Source: an uncultured Roseateles sp.
Lineage (GTDB): Bacteria; Pseudomonadota; Gammaproteobacteria; Burkholderiales; Burkholderiaceae_C
Assembly (NCBI GenBank): GCA_913777145.1
Contig: CAJYPS010000001.1
Coordinates: 54,320-118,319 of the forward strand
Reading direction: 5' to 3'
DNA: 64,000 nt
In this document: one piece after another, positions 14,369-23,991 of the stretch
Layout of the letters: each line of letters opens with the position of its first letter
Numbering within the stretch: the stretch's first letter is position 1
The notes under the pieces: generated by a model
Database searches by the model: none
What the model saw: only the letters and a program-made list of their open reading frames with translations
What the model was told of the DNA's origin: nothing
Translations under genes and position numbers: made by a program

Positions 14369-14383
14369 GTAAGCCGGCGTAAC
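14369..14383. promoter_or_regulatory. Direct repeat GTAAG-N5-GTAAC (CpxR/OmpR-family-like box)
   Basis: Spacing matches GTAAA-N5-GTAAA; about 75 nt upstream of the exported-protein start. Confidence 0.35.
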
Positions 14384-14408
14384 ACGCGGGCCTGCGCCCT
14401 CCCGCCGC

Positions 14409-16268
14409 TCAGCCCTCCAGCTGCCCCAGGTCCCTCACCGCCCCCTTGTCCGCCGAAGTCGCCAGCAGCGCATAGGCCTTCAGCGCGGCGCTCACCTTGC
14501 GCGGGCGCGCCTCGGCCGGTTTCCAGCCCTTGGCGTCCTGCTCGGCGCGACGACGGGCCAGTTCCTCGTCGCTGACCAGCACGTCGATAGCTCGATTCGG
14601 GATGTCGATGCGGATGCGGTCGCCGTTGCGCACCAGGCCAATCGCACCACCCGCCGCCGCCTCGGGCGAGCAGTGGCCGATGGACAGGCCCGAGGTGCCG
14701 CCCGAGAAGCGGCCATCCGTCAGCAGCGCGCAGGCCTTGCCCAGGCCCTTGGACTTGATGTAACTCGTCGGGTAGAGCATCTCCTGCATGCCGGGGCCGC
14801 CCTTGGGACCTTCGTAGCGCACCACCACCACGTCGCCAGCCTTGACCTGGTCGTCCAGGATGTGGGCCACCGCCTCGTCCTGGCTCTCGACCACATGGGC
14901 CGGGCCTTCAAACACCAGCAGGCTGTCGTCCACGCCCGCCGTCTTCACGACGCAGCCGTCCAGCGCGATATTGCCGCGCAGCACGGCCAGGCCGCCTTCC
15001 TTGCTGAAGGCGTGCTCGAACGAGCGGATGCAGCCCTCGGCACGGTCCAGGTCCAGGCTGGGCCAGCGGGTGGCCTGGCTGAAGGCCGTCTGCGTCGGGA
15101 TGCCCGCCGGGCCGGCCATGTAGAAGGTCTTCACCGCGTCGCTGGGGTTGCGGGCGATGTCCCACTGGTCCAGCGCGTCCTTCATGGTCCTGGCATGCAC
15201 GGTGGGGGCATCGGTGTGCAGCTTGCCGGCACGGTCCAGCTCACCCAGGATGGCCATGATGCCGCCGGCGCGGTGCACGTCCTCGATGTGGTACTTGTTG
15301 GTGTTGGGCGCCACCTTGCACAGCTGCGGCACGCTGCGCGACAGGCGGTCGATATCCGTCATGTCGAAGGCGATGCCCGCTTCCTGCGCCGCGGCCAGGA
15401 TGTGCAGGATGGTGTTGGTGGAGCCGCCCATCGCGATGTCCAGCGTCATCGCGTTTTCGAACGCCTTCTTGCCGATGGCGCGCGGCAGCACGCTCTCGTC
15501 GTCCTGCTCGTAATAGCGCTTGCACAGCTCCACCACGGTGCGGCCGGCTTTTCTGAACAGCTGCTCGCGGTCCGCATGCGTGGCCACCACCGTGCCGTTG
15601 CCCGGCAGCGACAGGCCCAGCGCCTCGGTCAGGCAGTTCATCGAATTGGCCGTGAACATGCCGGAGCAGCTGCCGCAGGTGGGGCAGGCCGAACGCTCGA
15701 CTTCAGCGAGGTCGGCGTCGCTGACCTTGTTGTCAGCAGCCATCACCATGGCGTCGATCAGGTCCAGCTTCTTGATCTCGATCTTGGCCGTACCGGGCAC
15801 GGCCAGGCGCACCTTGCCGGCTTCCATGGGGCCGCCGGACACGAACACGACCGGGATGTTGAGCCGCATCGCGGCCATCAGCATGCCGGGGGTGATCTTG
15901 TCGCAGTTGGAGATGCACACCAGCGCATCGGCGCAGTGGGCGTTGACCATGTACTCCACCGAGTCCGCAATGATGTCGCGGCTGGGCAGCGAATACAGCA
16001 TGCCGTCGTGGCCCATCGCGATGCCGTCGTCCACCGCGATGGTGTTGAACTCCTTGGCCACGCCGCCCACGGCCTCGATCTCGCGGGCCACCAGCTGGCC
16101 CAGATCCTTCAGGTGCACATGGCCGGGCACGAACTGGGTGAAGCTGTTGGCAATGGCGATGATGGGCTTGGAGAAGTCATCGTCCTTCATGCCCGTGGCA
16201 CGCCACAGCGAGCGGGCACCCGCCATGTTACGGCCGGCGGTGGAGGTCTTGGAACGGTAGGTGGGCAT
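14409..16268 (-). CDS. ilvD: Dihydroxy-acid dehydratase
   Basis: [60 protein letters not shown]; start ATG 16268. Confidence 0.97.
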   Translation of the reverse strand: MPTYRSKTSTAGRNMAGARSLWRATGMKDDDFSKPIIAIANSFTQFVPGHVHLKDLGQLVAREIEAVGGVAKEFNTIAVDDGIAMGHDGMLYSLPSRDIIADSVEYMVNAHCADALVCISNCDKITPGMLMAAMRLNIPVVFVSGGPMEAGKVRLAVPGTAKIEIKKLDLIDAMVMAADNKVSDADLAEVERSACPTCGSCSGMFTANSMNCLTEALGLSLPGNGTVVATHADREQLFRKAGRTVVELCKRYYEQDDESVLPRAIGKKAFENAMTLDIAMGGSTNTILHILAAAQEAGIAFDMTDIDRLSRSVPQLCKVAPNTNKYHIEDVHRAGGIMAILGELDRAGKLHTDAPTVHARTMKDALDQWDIARNPSDAVKTFYMAGPAGIPTQTAFSQATRWPSLDLDRAEGCIRSFEHAFSKEGGLAVLRGNIALDGCVVKTAGVDDSLLVFEGPAHVVESQDEAVAHILDDQVKAGDVVVVRYEGPKGGPGMQEMLYPTSYIKSKGLGKACALLTDGRFSGGTSGLSIGHCSPEAAAGGAIGLVRNGDRIRIDIPNRAIDVLVSDEELARRRAEQDAKGWKPAEARPRKVSAALKAYALLATSADKGAVRDLGQLEG

Positions 16269-16417
16269 GGCAGCAGACCTGTGCGAATCGGAATCCCGCC
16301 ATTCTGTGACAGCCCGCCGCCGCGCGCCCATTCAGCCGCCTTGCCGGCAGGGCTGTCGAAAGCTGGGTTGCGGCATGCCGAATGCTCGGCGGCTGCGCCT
16401 CCGGGATGGGTGGCGCG

Positions 16418-17206
16418 TCAGAAATGGTGGCCACAGGCCGGGCACACGCAATCCTCGCGGTCGTCCTCGTGGCCGTGGGGCGCGCTGGACTCGATGATGG
16501 CCGCGGTGACGATGGCCGTGGGCAGCGCGAACACGCCGATGCCGAACACCGCGAACAGGCCCACGAAGAGCTTGCCGGCCGGCGTGATCGGGGTCATGTC
16601 GCCATAACCGACCGTGGTGAAGGTCTCGCAGGCCCACCAGAAGGTGCCGGGGATGCTGGTGAACACGTCGGGGTGGGCCGGGTGCTCCAGCTGGTACAGC
16701 AGCGCCGCGGACGCATAGACGCACACCAGCATCAGCACCACCGACACCAGCAGCAACTGGCGGCGCCGGCGCAGCGACACCGTGAGCCGCTGCAGCGCGG
16801 CCTCGAACTCGTAGAGCTGCAGCACCTTGAGCAGGCGCGCCAGCCGCATCACGCGCAGGAAGCGCAGGTCGAAGGGGCTGAAGTAGGACACGATGACCAG
16901 CAGGTCCAGCAGCGGCAGCGGCTGCAGCGCATAACGCAAGCGCCCCCACAGCGGATGGCTGAGGCGGCGCTGCTCCACGCAGACCCAGACCCGCGCCGCG
17001 TACTCGACGGTGAACAGCGCGGTGGACACCGCGTCCAGCCACCAGAACAAACGCTCGAAGCGGCTGCCCAGCGAGGGCACGGTCTGCAGCGCCACGCAGG
17101 CCGCGTTCAGCACGATGAGCGCGACCAGCACATAGTTCACATGGCAGGCCCAGCGGTTGCCGGGCTCGGGGCGGTGCAGGATCGCAAACAGCTGCGCTCG
17201 CAACAT
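16418..17206 (-). CDS. Voltage-gated-type potassium channel (ion transporter)
   Basis: TTVGYGD selectivity filter; S4-like RFLRVMRLARLLK; 6-TM layout. Confidence 0.9.
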   Translation of the reverse strand: MLRAQLFAILHRPEPGNRWACHVNYVLVALIVLNAACVALQTVPSLGSRFERLFWWLDAVSTALFTVEYAARVWVCVEQRRLSHPLWGRLRYALQPLPLLDLLVIVSYFSPFDLRFLRVMRLARLLKVLQLYEFEAALQRLTVSLRRRRQLLLVSVVLMLVCVYASAALLYQLEHPAHPDVFTSIPGTFWWACETFTTVGYGDMTPITPAGKLFVGLFAVFGIGVFALPTAIVTAAIIESSAPHGHEDDREDCVCPACGHHF

Positions 17207-17246
17207 GAAAGACCTCCGGAACAGGCCCCGGAGTATCCGTGGCCCC

Positions 17247-18392
17247 TCAGCCCAGGCGCTTCAGCCTTTGGGCCGCCAGCGCCAGCGTCTCCTCGCGCTT
17301 GGCAAAGCAGAAGCGCACATGGCGGCGCTCCTGGGGCCGCTGGTAGAAGCCCGACAGCGGGATGGCGGCGACGCCGATCTCGGTGGTCAGCCAGCGCGCG
17401 AAGTCCAGCTCCGGCAGCTCGGACACGGCCGCGTAGTCCACGGTCTGGAAATAGGTGCCCTCGCAGGGCAGCAGGCGCAGGCCGGTGTCGGCCAGCGCGG
17501 CGCGGAAGGCGTCGCGCTTGGCCTGGTAGAAGTCGCTCAGGCCCTGCCAGGGCGCCGGGTCGGCCAGGTAGGTGGCCAGTGCGTGCTGGGTGGGCGTGTG
17601 CACCGTGAACACCGTGTACTGGTGCAGGCGCCGGAAGGCCGCGGACAGCGCCGGCGGCGCGGCCACGAAGCCCACCTTCCAGCCGGTCACGTGGAAGGTC
17701 TTGCCAAAGCTGCTGACCAGGAAGCTGCGCTCCCGCAGCCCGGGGTGGCGGGCCACGCTCTCGTGGCGGGCGCCGTCGAACACCATGTGCTCGTAGACCT
17801 CGTCGCTGATGACGAACAGGTCGTGCGCCTCGGCCAGCTGCGCAAGCCGTGCCAGGTCTTGCGCCGTGGCGACACGGCCGCTGGGGTTGTGCGGCGTGTT
17901 GAGCACCAGGGCCCGGGTGCGCGGCGTGATCGCGGCCTCCAGCGCGGGCCAGTCCAGCCGGTAGTCCGCCGTCATGGGCACGCCCACCGGCACGCCGCCG
18001 GCCAGGCGTATCGCGGGGTCGTAGCTGTCGTAGGCCGGCTCGATGATGATCACCTCGTCGCCGGTGCCCACACAGCACTGCAGCGCGGTCAGCAGGCCCT
18101 GGGTGCCGCCGGCGGTCACAGTGATGTCGGTGTCGGCGTCATAGGCCGAGCCGTACAGGCGGTTGAGCTTGGCCGCGATGGACTGGCGCAGCGCCGGCAC
18201 GCCGGTCATGGGCGGGTACTGGTTGTGGCCGGCGGCCATCGCGTCGCTGACCGCGCGCAGCAGCGCGGGGTCGGGGTCGAAGTCCGGAAAGCCCTGACCC
18301 AGGTTGACCGCCCCATGCTGGGCGGCCAGCGCGGACATCAGGCTGAAGATGGTGGTGCCGGCGTTGGGCAGCTTGGTGGGCAGGACGGGCAT
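17247..18392 (-). CDS. PLP-dependent class I aminotransferase, YbdL/methionine-aminotransferase-like
   Basis: NLGQGFPDF, NQY, NTPHNP, SDEVYEH, SSFGKTFHVTGWKVG (PLP lysine), RFCFAK. Confidence 0.9.
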   Translation of the reverse strand: MPVLPTKLPNAGTTIFSLMSALAAQHGAVNLGQGFPDFDPDPALLRAVSDAMAAGHNQYPPMTGVPALRQSIAAKLNRLYGSAYDADTDITVTAGGTQGLLTALQCCVGTGDEVIIIEPAYDSYDPAIRLAGGVPVGVPMTADYRLDWPALEAAITPRTRALVLNTPHNPSGRVATAQDLARLAQLAEAHDLFVISDEVYEHMVFDGARHESVARHPGLRERSFLVSSFGKTFHVTGWKVGFVAAPPALSAAFRRLHQYTVFTVHTPTQHALATYLADPAPWQGLSDFYQAKRDAFRAALADTGLRLLPCEGTYFQTVDYAAVSELPELDFARWLTTEIGVAAIPLSGFYQRPQERRHVRFCFAKREETLALAAQRLKRLG

Positions 18393-18454
18393 GGGCAGCG
18401 GGGCGCAAGGGCGGAACAGGCCCCCGATTGTGTCGGGGGCCGGCGCCGCCGGTC

Positions 18455-19330
18455 TCAGCCCAGCTGCTGCAGGCGGGCGATGCGCGCCTCCATGGGCGGG
18501 TGGCTGGAGAACCAGGCCAGCCAGCCCTGCGGCCGGGCGCTGATGCCCATGGCCTTGAGCGCCTGGGGCATCTCGCCGGGGTCCAGCCCGTGCAGACGGG
18601 CCAGCGCATGGATCATGGGCTGCTTGCGTCCCATCAGCCGGGTCGCGTCCGCATCGGCGCGGAACTCGCGCTGGCGCGAGAACCAGGCCACCACCAGCGC
18701 GGCCACCACGCCCAGCAGCAGATCCATCACCAGCGTGGTCAGGTAGTAGCCCATGCCGGGGCCGTCCTGGTTGTTGCGCAGCACCAGCTTGTCGACCACA
18801 TAGCCGATCACGCGGGATAGGAAGACCACGAAGGTGTTCATCACGCCCTGGATCAGCGCCATCGTGACCATGTCGCCATTGGCCACGTGGGCCACCTCAT
18901 GGCCTATGACCGCCTCCACCTCCTCGCGGCTCATGGACTGCAGCAGGCCGGTGGACACGGCCACCAGCGCCGAGTTCTTGAAGGCGCCGGTCGCGAAGGC
19001 ATTGGGCGGCCCCTCGTAGAGGCCCACCTCCGGCGCACGTATGCCGGCGGCGGCGGAGAAGCGCGCGACTGTGGCCACCAGCCACTGGTGGGTGGGGTCG
19101 GGCGAACCGTCGATGATCCGCAGGCCCGTGGTCCACTTGGCCATGGGCTTGCTGATCAGCAGCGAGATGAAGGCGCCGCCAAAGCCCATCAGCAGTGCAA
19201 AGCCCAGCAGGCCGCTCAGGCTCAGGCCCTGGGCGGTGAGGAACTGATTCAGCCCGAGCACCTGCACGGTGATGCCCAGCACCAGCATCACGCCGAGGTT
19301 GGTCAGCAGGAACAGCAGCACGCGCTTCAT
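18455..19330 (-). CDS. htpX: Membrane zinc protease HtpX (M48)
   Basis: [34 protein letters not shown]. Confidence 0.95.
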   Translation of the reverse strand: MKRVLLFLLTNLGVMLVLGITVQVLGLNQFLTAQGLSLSGLLGFALLMGFGGAFISLLISKPMAKWTTGLRIIDGSPDPTHQWLVATVARFSAAAGIRAPEVGLYEGPPNAFATGAFKNSALVAVSTGLLQSMSREEVEAVIGHEVAHVANGDMVTMALIQGVMNTFVVFLSRVIGYVVDKLVLRNNQDGPGMGYYLTTLVMDLLLGVVAALVVAWFSRQREFRADADATRLMGRKQPMIHALARLHGLDPGEMPQALKAMGISARPQGWLAWFSSHPPMEARIARLQQLG

Positions 19331-19360
19331 TGAAAACTCCTTGCAGGGGTGTGGGGAGGC

Positions 19361-19615
19361 TCAGTCGAAGATGTCGCTGAGCCAGGACTTGCGCCGGTGG
19401 CCGCCATGGCGGCCGTAGTCGGAATCGACGAAGTCCGGGCGCCGCGCGGCCGCGGCGGTTGCCACCGGCGGGGCGGCCTGGACCGAACGCTCGATCAGCT
19501 TGTCCAGCTCGCCACGGTCCAGCCAGACGCCGCGGCAGTTGGGGCAGTAGTCGATCTCTACGCCCTGGCGTTCACTCATCACCAGCGCGGTATCGGGGCA
19601 GTGGGGGCATTTCAT
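19361..19615 (-). CDS. zf-TFIIB-like zinc-ribbon protein, 84 aa
   Basis: MKCPHC...IDYCPNCRGVWLDRGELDKLI and C-terminal RRKSWLSDIFD. Confidence 0.88.
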   Translation of the reverse strand: MKCPHCPDTALVMSERQGVEIDYCPNCRGVWLDRGELDKLIERSVQAAPPVATAAAARRPDFVDSDYGRHGGHRRKSWLSDIFD

Positions 19616-19639
19616 GGGGAGCTCCTTAGGGGCTGAACC

Positions 19640-19981
19640 TCATTCCTCGGCAGCCGGCTGGCGGCGCAGCGGCAGCGCGCGGCGCGGCTGGCGATGCAGC
19701 AACCGGGTCAGCAGCCGCAGCGCCCGGGCCAGCGCGTCGTCGAAGGCGGAGCGCCACTCGCTGGCCACCGAGCGCACGATCACCGTGCCGGCCCCGGCGG
19801 TGTGCAGCTCCAGCTGGCACAGCTTGTCGACGCCGCCGCGCGGGCCGTTCACATCGGCCAGTTGCACCGTGGCCTTGGGCACACGCGAAGACAGACGCCG
19901 CAGCGCGGCCTTCAGCCGGGCCTTGGCCAACTCGCGGTGGTCGGCCGCATGCGGCGCGCGGCACTTGAACAGGACTTGCAT
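19640..19981 (-). CDS. HPF/RaiA-family ribosome-associated protein
   Basis: 113 aa, V(QL)ADVNGPRGGVDKLC motif typical of this HPF-like subfamily. Confidence 0.8.
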   Translation of the reverse strand: MQVLFKCRAPHAADHRELAKARLKAALRRLSSRVPKATVQLADVNGPRGGVDKLCQLELHTAGAGTVIVRSVASEWRSAFDDALARALRLLTRLLHRQPRRALPLRRQPAAEE

Positions 19982-19983
19982 GG

Positions 19984-20010
19984 CGGACTCCAGCGGTGTG
20001 GGGGAGTCCG
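19984..20010 (-). promoter_or_regulatory. 5' UTR hairpin sequestering the Shine-Dalgarno of the HPF-like gene
   Basis: Perfect 8-bp stem CGGACTCC/GGAGTCCG with an 11-nt loop; GGAG lies in the 3' arm 6 nt before the ATG. Confidence 0.55.
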
Positions 20011-20084
20011 TAACTTAGGGGCGGGGGCCGCGCGCTCCCAGCAGGAAATCTGTGAGGGTCACTTCCGTGCTTCGGAAGCCCGGC

Positions 20085-20981
20085 TCACTCCGCGATCTCG
20101 GCCAGCTGCTGCGCGAGGTAGTCCACGAAGCACTGGATGCGCGCCGCCAGCGCGGTGTTGCGGTAGTAGACCGCGTGCACCGGCTGCAGCACCTCCACCG
20201 TGTCCCTGGGGCAGACCTGCACCAGGTCGCCGCGCGCGCGGTCCTCGCGGGTCATGAAGTCCGCCAGACAGGCGATGCCCTCGCCGGCCAGCGCGAGCTG
20301 GCGCACGGTCTCGCCGCTGGATGCACTGACGGCCGGCGTAATGGCCAGGCTGTCGCCATGCGCGCCGCGCAGCGGCCACTGGTTGAGGTGCTCGGGCGCA
20401 GTGAAGCCGATCAGCCGGTGGCCGCGCAGCTCGTCCACGCTGCGCGGCCGGCCCTGTGCCTTCAGATAGGCCGGCGCGGCCACCACGCGCAGCCTGAAGC
20501 GCCCCAGCGGCCGCGCATGCAAGGTGGAGTCGCGCAGCGGACCTATGCGCAGCGCTAGGTCGGTGCGCTGTTCGATCAGGTCGATCAGGCTGTCGTTGGT
20601 GTTGAGCTCCAGCTGGATGTCGGGATAGCGCGCGCGAAAGCCGCCCACCCGCGGCACCACCACATGCAGCATGAAAGGCGAGGCCGCGTTCACGCGCAGC
20701 CGCCCGGCCGGGCGCTGCAGCCGCGCGGCCATCTGGCCCTCGGCCTCGTCCACCGCAGCCAGGATGGCGCGCGCATGGGCCAGAAAGGCCGCGCCCTCCT
20801 CGGTCAGCTCCAGGCGCCGCGTGGTGCGCCTCAGCAGCGTCGCGGCCAGCTTGGACTCCAGCCGCGCGAGCGCCCGGCTGACACCGGACACGGTCTGCTG
20901 CAGCGCCTCGGCCGCCGCGGTGATGGAGCCGGTGTCCACCACGGCCACCAGGGCGGCCATCTCATCCAGGCTGGTCTTCAT
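20085..20981 (-). CDS. LysR-family transcriptional regulator (YafC/DmlR-like)
   Basis: GSITAAAEALQQTVSGVSRALARLE...LLRRTTRRLELTEEG; start ATG 20981. Confidence 0.93.
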   Translation of the reverse strand: MKTSLDEMAALVAVVDTGSITAAAEALQQTVSGVSRALARLESKLAATLLRRTTRRLELTEEGAAFLAHARAILAAVDEAEGQMAARLQRPAGRLRVNAASPFMLHVVVPRVGGFRARYPDIQLELNTNDSLIDLIEQRTDLALRIGPLRDSTLHARPLGRFRLRVVAAPAYLKAQGRPRSVDELRGHRLIGFTAPEHLNQWPLRGAHGDSLAITPAVSASSGETVRQLALAGEGIACLADFMTREDRARGDLVQVCPRDTVEVLQPVHAVYYRNTALAARIQCFVDYLAQQLAEIAE

Positions 20982-20983
20982 TC

Positions 20984-20998
20984 TTGACTCCGAATCAA
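20984..20998. promoter_or_regulatory. LysR recognition box TTGA-N7-TCAA
   Basis: Palindromic T-N11-A motif immediately upstream of the LysR start in the divergent gap. Confidence 0.6.
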
Positions 20999-21079
20999 AA
21001 GCATTGTGCCAAATCACGGCTTTTTTGCTTTGAATCCAATCCCCACACTGCGCAGCCTTGGCAATCATTAGGAGTTCCC

Positions 21080-22282
21080 ATGCCTCTGGCTCTGCTGGCG
21101 CTGACGCTCAGCGCCTTCGCAATCGGCACGACCGAGTTCGTCATCGTGGGTCTGATCCCCACGGTGGCGGCCGACCTCGGCGTCAGCCTTCCCTCGGCCG
21201 GCCTGCTGGTCAGCCTCTACGCACTCGGCGTCGCTATCGGCGCGCCGGTGCTCACCGCGCTGACCGGCAAGCTGCCGCGCAAGTGGTTGCTGCTGGCGCT
21301 GATGGCGCTGTTCACCGCCGGCAACCTGATGGCCTGGGCCGCGCCCGGCTATGAGTCGCTGATCGTCGCGCGCGTGCTCACCGGCCTGGCGCACGGCGTG
21401 TTCTTCTCCATAGGCTCGACCATCGCGACCGGCCTGGTGCCCAAGGAGAAAGCCGCCAGCGCGATCGCCACCATGTTCACCGGCCTGACCGTGGCCCTGG
21501 TGACCGGCGTGCCGCTGGGCACCTTCGTGGGCCAGCATTTCGGCTGGCGCGCCACCTTCCTGGCGGTGGCCGCGCTGGGCGTGATCGCCTTCCTAGGCAG
21601 CGCGCTGTTCGTGCCGCGCAGCCTCAAGCACCAGCGGCCGGCCTCGCTGCTGCAGCAGGCCCGCGTGCTGGCCGAGCCGCGCCTGCTGCTGGTCTATGCC
21701 AAGACCGCGATCGGCTATGGCGGCAGCTTCATCCCCTTCACCTTCCTCGCGCCCATCCTGCAGCAGCAGGCCGGCTTCTCGGCCGGGGCGGTGGGCTGGG
21801 TGATGCTGGTCTATGGCGTGTCGGTCGCGGTGGGCAATCTGTGGGGCGGCCGTCTGGCCGACCGCCGCGGCCCCATTCCGGCGCTGCAGATCATCTTCGC
21901 GGGCCTGGCTGCGGTGCTGCTGCTGTTCACCTTCACCTCCCACCAGCCGGTGCTGGCGGTGCTGACCGTGCTGCTGTGGGGCGCGTTCGCCTTCGGCAAC
22001 GTGCCGGGCCTGCAGGTCTATGTGGTGCAGCAGGCCGAGCGCGTGGCGCCGCAGGCGGTGGACGTGGCCTCGGGCCTGAACATCGCGGCCTTCAACCTGG
22101 GCATCGCGTTCGCGGCCTGGGCCGGCGGCCTGATCGTGACCCACCTGGGCCTGCAGCACACGCCCTGGATAGGCGCGGCCGTGGTGCTGGTGTCGCTGGC
22201 GCTGACCCGCTGGAGCGGCGCGCTGGACAGCCGCCAGGGCCTGCCGGTGCGGCTGCATGGCGCCCGCCCGGCCGGCCACTGA
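21080..22282 (+). CDS. MFS transporter (DHA1-type)
   Basis: [33 protein letters not shown], 12 [11 protein letters not shown] motif. Confidence 0.92.
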   Translation: MPLALLALTLSAFAIGTTEFVIVGLIPTVAADLGVSLPSAGLLVSLYALGVAIGAPVLTALTGKLPRKWLLLALMALFTAGNLMAWAAPGYESLIVARVLTGLAHGVFFSIGSTIATGLVPKEKAASAIATMFTGLTVALVTGVPLGTFVGQHFGWRATFLAVAALGVIAFLGSALFVPRSLKHQRPASLLQQARVLAEPRLLLVYAKTAIGYGGSFIPFTFLAPILQQQAGFSAGAVGWVMLVYGVSVAVGNLWGGRLADRRGPIPALQIIFAGLAAVLLLFTFTSHQPVLAVLTVLLWGAFAFGNVPGLQVYVVQQAERVAPQAVDVASGLNIAAFNLGIAFAAWAGGLIVTHLGLQHTPWIGAAVVLVSLALTRWSGALDSRQGLPVRLHGARPAGH

Positions 22283-22307
22283 TCACCCACCCCCTTCTGG
22301 AGCATCC

Positions 22308-23117
22308 ATGAACTTCCCCCTTCCCGCCCTGGGCCTGGGCACCTTCCGCCTGAAGGATCAGGCCGTCATAGCCTCGGTCAGCGCCGCGCTGGAGCTGGGC
22401 TACCGCGCGATCGACACCGCGCAGATCTACGGCAACGAGGCCGAGATCGGCCAGGCCTGGACCGCCAGCGGCCTGCCGCGCGAGCAGCTCGCGCTGACCA
22501 CCAAGATCTGGACCGAGCACCTGGCTCCCGAGCGCCTGCTGCCCAGCCTACGCGAAAGCCTGGACAAACTGCGCACCGGCCATGTGGAGCTGACGCTGAT
22601 CCACTGGCCCTCGCCCGGCGGCGCCGTGCCGCTGGAGGCCACGCTGGACGCGCTGCTGGACGCCCAGGCGCAAGGCCTGACCCGCGCGATCGGCGTGTCC
22701 AACTTCCCCATCGCGCTGCTGCAACGCGCCATCGCGCATGTAGGCGCCGGCCGGCTGGCGACCAACCAGGTGGAGCTGCACCCCTGGCTGCAAAGCCCCG
22801 CGCTGAGCGCCTTCGCGGCCCGCCACGGGGTGCACCTGACGTCCTACATGACGCTGGGCTATGGCCAGGTGCTGCAAGACCCGACCCTGCTCGCCCTCGC
22901 GGCCGAGCTGGACGCCACGCCCGCCCAGGTGGCGCTGGCCTGGGCGCTGCAGCGCGGCCATGCGGTCATTCCCTCATCCACGAAGCGCGAGCACCTGGCC
23001 AGCAACCTGCTCGCCGCGTCACTGCGCCTGAGCGATGCGCAGATGGCGCGCATCGCGGCGCTGGACCGCAGCCAGCGCCTGGTCGACCCCGAGGGCCTGG
23101 CGCCGGCCTGGGACTGA
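22308..23117 (+). CDS. dkgB: Aldo/keto reductase, 2,5-didehydrogluconate reductase B-like
   Basis: [48 protein letters not shown]. Confidence 0.88.
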   Translation: MNFPLPALGLGTFRLKDQAVIASVSAALELGYRAIDTAQIYGNEAEIGQAWTASGLPREQLALTTKIWTEHLAPERLLPSLRESLDKLRTGHVELTLIHWPSPGGAVPLEATLDALLDAQAQGLTRAIGVSNFPIALLQRAIAHVGAGRLATNQVELHPWLQSPALSAFAARHGVHLTSYMTLGYGQVLQDPTLLALAAELDATPAQVALAWALQRGHAVIPSSTKREHLASNLLAASLRLSDAQMARIAALDRSQRLVDPEGLAPAWD

Positions 23118-23126
23118 CGGACCGGT

Positions 23127-23942
23127 TCAGGGCCGGGGCTGGGCCTTCACGCACTGCAGCTCCGGCCCCTGCCAGCCCCAAACCACGGTGGCCTCGCCCT
23201 GGTGCTCCCAGAAGCTCTCGTTGCGGCCCACATAGTGCGTGCCGCTGGCGGCGCGCTGCTGGGTCATCAGCGAGCTCTCGTCGCCGCGCTCGGCCATCAG
23301 GCTGGGCGGCTCGGTGGCGTTGAAGAAGTGGGTGACGATCTCGCTGTTGTCCAGGCAGCGCCAGCGCACCGTGGCCACCAGCGGCACCAGGCGGTAGCGC
23401 ACCTGCAGCTCCAGCAGGCGGCGCTGCGAGCTCTCGCGCACGCAGGCTGCGCGGGCCTCGGTGTCGCTGGCCGAGTCGGGGTCGGGGCCGGCCTTCCAGC
23501 AGTCGTGGCGCTCGCGCTGCCAGCCGCGCTGCTCGGCGGCCAGCACCGGCGGGCGCTCGTTCACCGCCTGGCGGCGCGCCGCCTCGTAGGCCTCGGCCAC
23601 GCGCGCGTCCAGCAGCGCCAGGCCGGCGCGCTGGCACACCAGCGCCTCCACGTCGCCGCGCACCTGGCGCTGGCGGCACAGCGGCGCGCGGCGCGCCTGG
23701 TCCAGCGCCTGCTGCACCCGCTCGCACCAGGCCTTGCTGCCGCGCAGCGGCGGCTCCAGCAGGCCCAGCTGCTGCGACACCGCGGCCTGCCACTCCTCCG
23801 AGCCCAGGTCGGGCCCGTGGCCGTCCGCGCCGCCCAGGCGGGCATTGACCTCGCGCTGCCAGGCAGCGCCGCAGCGGGTGTCGGCGGCACCAGCCGCCAG
23901 CGGGAGAAGCGCGGCCAGCAGCAGCGCGGCGAGTCGTGTCAT
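23127..23942 (-). CDS. Exported lysozyme-inhibitor-like fusion: small N-terminal domain + LprI/DUF1311 + MliC
   Basis: Signal peptide; GHGPDLGSEEW segment; Cys-patterned LprI region (VC...LALLD...AY...EQRGW...RHDC...CV...RRLLEL); MliC motif ASGTHY...FWEHQGEA. AGGAG RBS before ATG 23942. Confidence 0.75.
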   Translation of the reverse strand: MTRLAALLLAALLPLAAGAADTRCGAAWQREVNARLGGADGHGPDLGSEEWQAAVSQQLGLLEPPLRGSKAWCERVQQALDQARRAPLCRQRQVRGDVEALVCQRAGLALLDARVAEAYEAARRQAVNERPPVLAAEQRGWQRERHDCWKAGPDPDSASDTEARAACVRESSQRRLLELQVRYRLVPLVATVRWRCLDNSEIVTHFFNATEPPSLMAERGDESSLMTQQRAASGTHYVGRNESFWEHQGEATVVWGWQGPELQCVKAQPRP

Positions 23943-23991
23943 GGGCAGCTCCTGCTCAGGAGCCGCCATCATGCCGCCTGCGGGCTCAGTT

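Noticed and set aside
19348-20006. Shared CCCCACACC word upstream of htpX and the HPF-like gene
   Set aside because: C-rich stretches precede several other RBSs here (e.g. before dkgB and the MFS gene), so it is not specific.
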